NCBI GenBank assembly: GCA_039621445.1
Contig: CP154954.1
Location: 45,797,847-45,861,846 of the forward strand
DNA length: 64,000 nucleotides
Reading direction: 5' to 3'
From: Euglena gracilis
Taxonomy: Eukaryota
Shown: positions 1 through 9,888 of the stretch, one piece after another
Layout of the letters: every line of letters starts with the position of its first letter
How positions within the stretch are numbered: position 1 is the stretch's first letter
Translations under genes and position numbers: made by a program
Notes under the pieces: generated by a model
Databases searched by the model: none
The model's input: only the letters and a program-made list of their open reading frames with translations
What the model was told of the DNA's origin: nothing

Positions 1-189
1 AATCATCTCAGGATTATAACCCCCCTCCAATAAGTTCGCAGTGCCCTAATTGTGTGCAGTGTGTGAGTCAGGGGTGCCGTCCCCGAGGAACTGAAAACCC
101 AGGGACAGGCACCACGGTTACAACAAGTGCCCTAATAAGAGCACACACCCCAGGGGTCTGAAACTGCCACCCTAAAAAGTCCGCACCCC

Positions 190-498
190 AGTGTACGTCT
201 GATTCCCAATTCCCCTTTCCCAATTCCCAAAAGCCTTCGCTTTCGCCTTGGCGCACCTACTTGGGAACTGAAAATCAGAGTAACAGTGAAAACCCTTTTC
301 CCACTTCCCAAGAAGCAAAGCACGGAGCAATGCAGGGAGGACGGACTGGAAATCCAAGTCCGGTCCAAGGAAAAGGTATAAGAAGAATAAGAATACCACC
401 TGTGGAGAGAAGGGGCACCCATTAGGAAATCCTAATAGGATCTGCTTCCATCCTAACTTCCTCAACGGAAGGGGACAGAAGCATACGCCTGGTACACA
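190..498 (-). repeat. 3' LTR of element A (309 bp; TGTGTAC...GTACACT on minus strand)
   Basis: Matches 29927-30237 except one substitution and a 2-bp GA indel; preceded on the minus strand by a PPT. Confidence 0.95.
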
Positions 499-514
499 TC
501 CCCCTCCCAGGGCT
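499..514 (-). promoter_or_regulatory. Polypurine tract of element A (AGCCCTGGGAGGGGGA)
   Basis: Abuts the 3' LTR; identical to the PPT of element B at 19628-19643. Confidence 0.85.
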
Positions 515-1322
515 ATGCCCGATTTCCCCTTTGGACCAGGCATTCTGGCCACAGGGATTTCGGACACAGACCTGGTCTGTGGGAGGTGCACCCTGGCGCA
601 TCCACAGGGGCCCTTTCCGTCGCACAGGGGTCCACTCAAAGGGGGGGGGCGGAAAGGAGGGGACCCAAAACCCAAAAACCGGCAAATGGGTTTCACCTAT
701 TCTGCGGTGGCTTATGGGTATATAGTATATTATAGCCCATTGAGGAAAATGGGGCTGGCAGGTTTCCTTGCCAAGCAAACCCATCCACCCAGTTTGGGTG
801 TGCCCAAGGCACTTGGGGTTGGTCCATGGGCATTCCAGGAAAACCCATGGGGAGGGTGTGGAAGGAGGGGGCCTCTGACCAGTCAAACCTGGGCAGGGCG
901 CATGGCCAGTCAAACCTGACCACGCAAAAGGAAATCCTACTCTACAAAACCAACTGCCGGCGACAGCATTTGCCCCGGGGGGGAAAGTAGAGAGGAGTGG
1001 GGGGTTGGCTTAGGCCAGAAAAGTTGTGCTGTCTGGCAGCCTTAAGGCCTCAAACGGCCGAAAAGAAAAGAAAGGGAAAGGAAAAGGGGCCGTCGGCCCT
1101 GTGCGCTGCGTGTCGCACGCCCGCGAGAGGGGAGAGGGGAGAGGGGTGTGCATGCATGCGCACGGAATCCTGCACATGGCAGCATCCCGGTGGGAACTTA
1201 CTAGCGGCGAATACCGCAAAGGGTCTTCGAAGGGGCTGTTCGGGCGAATACCCAAACAGGGTGTCAGGCGAATACCTGACGAGGGTGCTGAAAGACGCCG
1301 CATTGGCGCTGACAGAGACACC

Positions 1323-3109
1323 TCACCTGCCTTTATTGGCTGGACGTTCGCGGACCTCACGCCAGTAGTCGTGTTGGGGGTCCCCTAATGGGTCCTCAAC
1401 CAACTCCAGTTGGCGTGGGGAACGCGGCGGAGCTGATTCACTCCGAATGGTGTTGAGCTCCGGATCGTTGACATCAAAGGAAGGGGTCTCCCAGTCCTTG
1501 ATCCAATTATCCGGCAGCTTCTCCCTGGTACGTTCAGCATGATGCTGAAGATACCGTTGGAGTTGCTCCCAGAAAATTCTGGGCAGCATCACCGGCCAGA
1601 TGATGTAATTCATCCGGGGGTGATTCGCAGGCACCTGCGGGGGCATCCCCGGGGTCTGCTTGAAGTTGATGTCATACATCCACCTCGCTGTCCGAACTCT
1701 TGCGGTATGGGGCCGTAATACAGCCGCCAACCAACCTCTGAAGTCCACCAAATCGTGTTCTTCAGGAGGCCACAGTGGCAAGGCGTATCCGCCATGCTGA
1801 CGCTTGGAGAACAGGGGGTAAACCTGTGTCTCCCAGTCGCCATCAGTCCAGAGGTAAGGCATTCTTACCTTGGCGTGTTCCTCGACGGCGAGGCGCATTG
1901 CCCCAGCGTCGATCTGGAACTCACGGGCCATTCCCGTGTGGCGGTAGCTTTCTACCTTTTTGAAGTCGGAGTGCTTCAGGCGTCCTTCCACCTGCTTGTA
2001 CTCCTTCTTCCACTTCTCCAGTGTCTCCCAGTGCTGGGGGACAATGGTGGTGACTGCTCCATCAGCAGTCTGCACGAACTTGCCTCCTATACAGTTGATG
2101 CACAAGGCAGGGATATCCCTGTCGTGAGCATTCTCACTGTAGGAGTAGTTCAAGCTGTACTTCCAGGCATTCAGGCACTCGCCACATACGAGCGCCACAC
2201 AGTTCGGCACATATGCCCTGTGATGGAACCACGAGGATTGCACCTGCCGCTTGCACACATGCACAAGCGGTTGGTTATGCCGCACATGGTGACATACGGT
2301 GCACGTCCAGGCAAAGGACGTGCCGTGCTGGAAATCCAACACGCAGTCCTCGCCAAAGTACTGTGCCAGTACTCTGGGTGAGCGCCTGTTCCAGAATGTC
2401 CAGGTATGTTCCGGGACATAGTGGAAAGGTTCTCCGCGGACGAAGAGGGGCTGAATCCATCGATTCAGTGACCCTTTCTGGTGCCTAATAGCAGCCAGTT
2501 TCTTCGTCCTCTCTTCCACGGTGCCTAGTCTGGTCAGGATATCCTGGGTCCAGAGCTGGGCATCCGCAGACACAGGAGGTGAAGCAGGTTCATCCTGCTC
2601 CTCATCCGTCGATCCGGCGGAAGACTGGGCCTGTCGACCACGAGCCTTACCTTTCGGTTTGCTCTGGCCGTACCCGGACGATGCAACGGCCGAATAGTCG
2701 TGCATTGTCGTAGGGCCTTTCGGCTGTCCGCCAGTCTGACCTCCAGCGCCTTTCGGTGGTGGTTTCCCATCACCGCCTTTGGAAGGGGGCTTACAGGGTG
2801 CAGCACCCGGTTTGCCTCCTTTCGGCTTCGCACTCCCGGAATCAGGAGGCGACGCCTGCGGCTTACTCCTGGTATCAGGAGCCGATGGTGCCGGAGTAGA
2901 CGTTTGCCGTCTGGGCGAAGCGGGCATACTGACCGCTGGGTCGCGCATGACGCTCCGAGGGGTTGGCATTCGTTCCTGGGGTTGTTCAGCAGGCCGTCGC
3001 CGAACAGGTTCATCCTGTCCGACGAGGCGTGGCACTGTGGTCGTCACCGGAATCGGTGCTTCCACAGGCGCTGGTGCTCCCAGAAACTCTGCCATTGTCC
3101 TCGGGGCGG
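1323..3109 (-). pseudogene. C-terminal part of ORF3 of element A (split by element B)
   Basis: Homologous to the C-terminus of ORF 13306-18750 (LNRWIxPLF, RSPRVLAQYFGE, CTVCH, YRHTGMAR, VEDPL...HDYWR); rejoins 20073-23802 in frame (RRVP|AAPRT) once B and one TSD copy are removed. The ORF-track extension to 3308 merely reads into the LTR of B. Confidence 0.9.
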
Positions 3110-3114
3110 CAAGG

Positions 3115-3543
3115 TGTGTACCAGGCACGTCCCAGCTCTGTAGGATATCTGCAGAGTGGGTTCTGTGACGGTCGCACCACTGTGGAAACCCACAGCTGGT
3201 AAGATCGTGGCAGACCCTTCTGGGATCTGCCCCTGGACACGTCAGCACTTTTCTCTCCTTCCCCCACAGGTGGTATTCTTTACTCTCACAATCTCCAAGT
3301 TTCACCATTGGTTTTGTCAGAGGGAAAAACCCTCAGAACAATCAACTTTGATCTCAGAAGAAAACTTCTGAATCTTTGCTTTGTGCTTTGCTTCTTGGGG
3401 AATTGGGAAGAAAAGGGGAAAACCACTTTTCGTTACTCCAAAGACTTTTCCCTACCATAAGTAGGCTGCGCACCAAGGCGAAAGCGAAAGGCTTTTACAG
3501 AAAGTCCCAAAAAGGGAAAAAGGGAAAGCTTTGGACGTACACT
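3115..3543 (+). repeat. 5' LTR of element B
   Basis: TGTGTAC...GTACACT; direct repeat of 19644-20072; followed immediately by PBS TGGTAGCAGA. Confidence 0.96.
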
Positions 3544-3738
3544 TGGTAGCAGAATAGGTCAAAGATCCTACAGAAAGAAAGGCTACCAGGTAATACACTT
3601 GGTAGCAGAATAGGTCAAAGATCCTACAGAAAGAAAGGCTACCAGGTAATACACTTGGTAGCAGAATAGGTCAAAGATCCTACAGAAAGAAAGGCTACCA
3701 GGTAATACACTTGGTAGCAGATTTAGGCAACGATCCTA
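3544..3738 (+). promoter_or_regulatory. Tandem primer-binding-site array (tRNA-iMet; PBS at 3544, 3600, 3656, 3712; 56-bp unit)
   Basis: TGGTAGCAGA is complementary to the 3' end UCUGCUACCA of non-plant-type eukaryotic initiator tRNA-Met; three identical 56-bp units plus a diverged partial fourth. Confidence 0.88.
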
Positions 3739-3965
3739 CACAGACGTTCCACACAGAGAAACTCTGTGGTTGACTGGTGGTGAGGATCGTACTGAGCCGT
3801 GAAACACGGTGAAAGTACTGTTCCTGGCCCCTAGCCAACCTTTAAGCAAGGATACAGGTCTCAGAAGGCTCTGTTCGGTAATCGCCGATACAACCTTTCT
3901 GGTCCCTGTTTCTCTGCTTATTTGTGTGAATTTTTGGGTTTTTGCCTTTTTACCCATCTCAAAAG

Positions 3966-6900
3966 ATGCAGAGCACAAGCCCCAACCCCAAATTTGATTA
4001 TGACTTGTTGATGAGTTCATTGAGCAATTGTGATGAAGATTGCGGGGATTGGAACGGTTTGAATGAAACAAGTTCCAATTCCCGACCCCCCAAGCAAGAA
4101 GAAGGCAATTTGACTCATTTGTCATTGTCAAAAGGCGAAACGCCTTTATCATTGCATGGGGGTAATGAACCCTCTTCATCATCTTTGTCATTGATTGTCC
4201 GGGATGTAGGTGGCAAAATGCCTTCCTCCATCCCGATTCACCCATCATTGATGCGGCGAGGGGATGAACCCCTTGCACCCCCACACTTGGTTACTCATGT
4301 TACCCATGAACAAAGTGAGGGGTATTTGCCCTTTGCTCTGTTCACACCCAAAAGATCCCCGGTGGAAGCACCGGTGGGCCTTTTGGAGTGCAACTCGGTG
4401 GAAACACCGTGTTTTTTCCAACCCCCCCCTCAATTACCACCCCCCACACCATTTCACGCTTTGCCGGGATTACCCGCGGAAGCTGCGGTTTTCCCTGCAT
4501 TGCCATGGAACCCAGATATGCGTCTGGTGGTGCCGGAAATCTCTGGTGCCGTTTCTATTGTGGAGGACTATGAGGAAGATTTGAGGGATAACCTCACCCC
4601 CGGTGATGTTTTCCGAATTCTCGGTCAACTTCCAGCGGATCACCCGCTTAGCAAGCAAATTTTGCATGTCCACCAATGCGTTGCGGAATGCGCAACCATG
4701 CTCAACAAAGTTTTGCAGTTCGATGAGGACAATCAAAGGGTTGTCAACACCAAACTGGAATGTTGCTGGAATTATTTGCAGGAAATCGGCAAATATTGCC
4801 AACACAATTTTGAAAATGCGGGGAAAGACCTTCAGCATTTTCGAGAAAGTGTTGACAGTATTTTGCGCATCCAACTTCCACAAAATTTCCAACAAATCAG
4901 CGAAATGCTGCATGAAGCGGAAACGCGGAATGATTCCAAGTTTCTGCATGTGCAGGATGGTATGAGCCATCTTTTTGCCCAATTGGAATCCTGTTCAACC
5001 ATGTTACTGCAATTGCAGCAGCAGTTACAAGCGCAAAATGCCACCCCCAAAATGCCGGAAATCGGTAACTTTGTCGCGGTTGAGCATTTTGCCACACTTA
5101 CCACTTCTTTTCAAGAAGCGCAACAACGGATTTTGCATCTTGGCTCGGAAATCGAGCACTTGAAGCAATTTCAAGCGAAAGTGCAAGAGAATTTTGTTCC
5201 CCGTTCGCAAATCCAACTTTTGGAGGAACGAATTTTACACTTGGAGCAAAAATCCTGCCATTGTGCCGCAAATCAGGATGGATTAACCACCTTGAACGCG
5301 AAAATCGCAGATTGCGCACAACGGTTGGATTTTACGCAACAACAAATGCAAACGGACATTGGCGGTATTAATGCCACCGTTGTCGGTTTGCAGGAGCATG
5401 TTTTCGCACTTTCCAAGCGAATTCCCGACATTAGTGGTATTCAAGCCGCTATTGGGGAATTGCAAACCCGTTGCACCTTGTTGTCTACCACAGTGACGGA
5501 AATCCGCTCACTACCCCCCATTTCGCGTGCTCGGATATCCGAGTCACCGGAATTTCGCTCATTTTATGACAAAGTGCTTGGTGACAACAAGGAAACCTTG
5601 CAAGCATTTTGTACAAGTTTGCTCCAAATCGAGGAAAGCGTGAATCGGAATGCCCGATCCATGCAAGATGAGGTTTCTCGGTTGGATGGACGAATTTCTG
5701 CGTTGTTGGAAAAGCCAACCGCGGAAAATTCGCGCACCACCGTGGAAACCCCCAACAAGTCACTCCACCAATTGCAAACCGTCTCAAATGCGGTAAAAGC
5801 GCTTGCGGGTCAACTCCGGAATGTGGAGGAGTCCCAAGGAAATCTTGCCCAAGAATTACAATTGGTTTCTGAAAAGATGCCACACTTGGAAGATTTTTCC
5901 CGTTACCGCAAACGCGTTAGGCATTTGGAGACTGAGGTTGACCGTATTTGCGGCCAACTCCAGTTGGTGGAACATTTGGAAGAAACGGTGCATGACTTGT
6001 CCGCGAGTCTGGATAAAATGTCCACTCCGGTACCGGTTGTGCCACCATCCACCGCGGTAAGCGCTGCGGTTGGTATTCCAAATGTCCCGGAATCGCGTTC
6101 TCAAATTACCATTTCTGGAGTAGGAATCCCTACATCCACTGCGAATTTGGTACAACCACCCGCGAAAACGCGAATTGTACCACCTTTGCATTTGCCAACA
6201 CCACAAACACACTCTTCGCACGACATTTCCGATGAGGAAATTGGCCCCCCCACTCGAAAATTCGAGTCTCCACCAAGAAATTCAACATTCCAACCTTGCA
6301 GGAGTAATGTGCCAACACCCCACACCTGGTATTGGTCATGTGTCGCATTCGCGATCATACCACCAACCGACGGGTTCTGGAATGCCAGACCACCCATCGG
6401 CTTTTCGCCGGGCAACCCGCCCCACTGGGAGGAATTTCACCACATTTTCGCGTTTCCCGCAGGAAAATCCTGCCAACCTTACACTTGGTGCGGGAAATCC
6501 TGCACGGGTTACACATGGAGCGGAAAATCCGCGAAACGCGTTTGGTGTTAAGAATTACCCTGACCCAAACCCCTGGAATACCACCGAGGGTCAGCGGGTT
6601 ACTCAGAGAGACTTCAAGGGCACCATCGCAATCGCGAACAAGGTGAAACCCCAATGGGACGGGGATCCAACCACATGGAGACAATTTTTTCGGGATTGGG
6701 AGTACTATTGGGCACTAAAAGGACCCACCCAAGACCCGAATCCCGAGGTAGTCAAGATGGAATTCATCGATTGCCTACCGAGGGAGGAGCGAGAACGCGC
6801 ACGCAATTTGGTGATACGTAATGGCGTATCATTCGATGACCTGGTTGAGCAATACGCTTCAACCAATTCAAGTCTGGTCACCAGGATTACCCTGGAGAAG

Positions 6901-8043
6901 AAGTGGCGACAAAGCGCGCCATCGGATCGCAAATGGAAATCCATTGACCTTTGGTATGCCAAATGGTTAGCACTTGCTTCCGAAGTTGATGAACTTAGCG
7001 AGAAGCAAATGCGTGAACAATTCGATGCGGTTTTGTTGCATTTCACACCATCCCTCGTGAAGGATATCCATCGCGAGGAGTTGGCAGGGCATGAGATGAC
7101 TCTTGCCCAACGTTGGAATTATGTGTCAAAGCAACTCAAGCTCACACAAGTTTTGGGACAAATACAGTCCGCTTTCCAAACGCATCCCACCGCGGGAATC
7201 CCTGCGGGTGCGGTTAATGCATTGCAAAAATCACCCATGTCACCAAGATCACCCACCACGGGACCGAAAACGCGGAATCAGCGTTCTTCGGACCAGGGCA
7301 CGGATAAACTGTGCTTTTTGTGCAACAAATCTGGTCACATGTCTCGGGAATGCCCGAATCCCGATGCGCGAAAGCGTATTGGAAGCCCAAGGGGCTCGAC
7401 CTCCTCACGGGGATCGGGTTCCTCGGCGTTTTCACGTCAATCGGCAGTTTCACGGTCTTCGGAGAACCGCTTTAGCGGTAGTAGGCCCAAGTCACCATCG
7501 CGTGATGGTCGGGAAACCCGTCCTTCTCGCGGTCGGTCACCTGGCCCCCCTGCCCGAAAACGGGATTTCAACCGCGATTCTTCACGATCTCGTTCGCGAA
7601 GTGGATCATCCTCTTCACGCGAGTCAACGGGGAAGTCCCGATACACCGGTCATGGTCGACGGGAAACCCGTTCACCACGACGGTTTGACGGAAAACCGGA
7701 ATACCGTTCCCCCCGTTATGCGGAATCCCGCCACAAATCCCGTTGTTCACTTTGCGGTTCCAAAGATCACCACGCATCCAAATGTCCCAGATCTCGTTCC
7801 CCCCGGCCCGGCTACGGAAATCGCGGTAAGCGCCGCGATGACCGTGGTTACTCCTCCAACCGGCAAAAGGTCGGTTTCAAGATATCTTGTTTGGAGGAGG
7901 ACACCCCGGCTTCGGGCAGGGAGGGGGATGAGACCTCGGACGGGGAATTTAATGAGGCCCGAATGGCGGTGCGCTCATTGAATTCCATCTATTCCACCAA
8001 AAAGTCCGTTGCCGGCTATGCGGCCGGTTCGGACTTGGAGTAG
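3966..8043 (+). pseudogene. gag: Gag of element B (~1,360 aa; one frameshift near 6245-6260)
   Basis: Start MQSTSPN matches MQSTGPN of A; heptad-rich N-terminal half; capsid-like WDGDPTTWRQFFRDW; zinc knuckles CFLCNKSGHMSREC and CSLCGSKDHHASKC; RS-rich region. A is open across this frameshift position. Confidence 0.88.
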
Positions 8044-8079
8044 GGGAGCCCGAGGTCCGAGGGCACGGACCTCTGGGCT
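8041..8079 (+). promoter_or_regulatory. Putative gag-pol UAG readthrough signal (UAG-GGG plus stem-loop)
   Basis: TAG GGG AGCCC-GAGGTCCG-agggca-CGGACCTC-t-GGGCT; identical in A (25634-25672, minus), where pol is in frame with gag across the TAG. Confidence 0.78.
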
Positions 8080-9480
8080 GATGAACAGATGGAGGTAAGA
8101 CCTGATCAACCTTACCCCCCCTGCCCATCCGCCTTCACGGTCAGTACCCGGAATTATTTCGGGTCCCCTACCCCCACTCCACATTTCCGCTCGGAATGCT
8201 GAGCAAAGTGGGAAAGGGTTCATGGGAGAGCTGGCATGCAAACGTATTTCCGCCAGACCCTTCACTTTGCGTACCACCAATGGAATTACTCGTCCAAGCG
8301 GAAATCCGCATCCAAAATTTCTCCACTAAAGTTAAAATTCTCATTGACACTGGTTGTCGCATTGCACTGCTCTTTCGGTTGGGGTTGATACCGACCCCGC
8401 TCTTGGTAAGCGCCAAGAAACCGATCAAAATTACAACCGCGGATAACACCCCCATGTGTGGTGGTGATTTGGGATGTGTGCTCGAGATACTCTTGCCCAT
8501 CATTCCGAAGCATCACTCACAACCCCCACAATTACAACATTTCACCAATATTTGGGGTTACGAGTCCGGAATTCACGGGTCTGACGTAATTTTGGGATAC
8601 CCATTTTTACGCCAGTACCGATTGGTTGTGGATTGCCACTCCCACGGTTTGCGCACAGCACCCACCACTTCATTGACACCCAAACCACCATCACCGTTGT
8701 CATCCACTATGATGACCACCGCTTTGCCCACACCGTTACCCACAATGGCAACACCGTTACCCACCACACCAACAACCGTTTTCCACACCCGGGGTACGGA
8801 GAAAGCCTCCCCCCTGCCCAATGACACACCAACATGCGTTCCACATGAGGCAGGGCAAGCGAGTAGCGGTACCCCCACCGTTCCACTGGGTTACAAGACG
8901 AAAGCCCAAAGGCCTGAAGTAATTACGGTGTCGAGTAGTCGCCCAGCTACACCACCACTCCGTTTCCCACCAGTTGTGCCGAATCCAGGCACACCTGTAC
9001 AAGACTCACCGGCTAATGCCATCGACACCCACTTTCACGCACACCCGTCACACCATCACACTTCCTTCCAATGTGTGCACTGCAGGAGAATTTCCACCCA
9101 ATCGGATTTCGATTGTGGATGTTTAGTTCAAAATCCGACACTAATCGCAATTCCGAAAACGGAATCCACCACCCATGATACACTTGGTTGTAGCCCGCAA
9201 TGCGCGGAGATACACCGAGTACTCCAACAACGCGGATTAGCCTCGTTGTTCGGAAACCGCGAAAAGCGCGATTCCTAATTACAATCGCGATCACCCTTGG
9301 TACGGATTTGATGCGGAATGGGGAAACCCCCAACCTGTCCAAACTCCCTTGGGATCAACCCTTGTGGTAGTGGAAGACAGCCCGCATGTTTGTGGATCCA
9401 TTCATTGTGTTTCTACCCTTCAACCCGAAAATCGGGTGCATGAATACGCGAAACGCGTATGGAATGCTTTCAATTTTGGT

Positions 9481-9888
9481 CAATATCGCATTTTGGAACG
9501 ATGGTTTTCCAAAATCGCGACATTGGCAAATTCTTTTGATTTGGCATTGGAAATCGATGCCTTTTCATCCAATGCACATGCCCGTTTGCCACGTCATTGG
9601 TCACAACACTCCAACGCATTTGATAAATTTTGGGGTGATACGGTGTTATGGATGCACCCTCCCCCAAAACTTATCGAATGTGCGGTTGAGAAAATTCTGC
9701 GGGATGAAGCCCGTGGAGTTATTCTCATACCCATCATTCCGGAAGCGGAATGGTTCACACAACTATCGTATGTATGTTTTCATTGGTGGGATTTACCCAC
9801 TAATGTACCGATTTTTGAGGATTTTTGTGGTAAAATATTACCACCCTTGCAAGAAATCATTTTTCGCGTATGTTTCTTCGATGCATTC
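9481..9888 (+). other. Dam-like N6-adenine DNA methyltransferase-fold domain inside pol (between PR and RT)
   Basis: EIDAFSSNAHARLPRHWS...NAFDKFW...LWMHPPPKLIECAVEKILRDEARGVILIPIIPEAEWFTQL follows the DIRS1 MT pattern (IDLFAS..N..LP.Y.S...DAF...W...[NF]PP..LI..VL.KI.....ILIVP.W....W...L). Confidence 0.75.

Noticed and set aside
3544-3738. CRISPR-like array
   Set aside because: Units are identical with no unique spacers; it is a PBS tandem in a eukaryotic retroelement and there are no cas genes
6240-6260. Programmed frameshift within gag
   Set aside because: A is open here and is frameshifted elsewhere (near 28118); the site is a C homopolymer, so a lesion or sequencing error is more likely
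8165-8180. Programmed frameshift before protease
   Set aside because: B has 5 C where A has 6 C and stays in frame; a homopolymer indel
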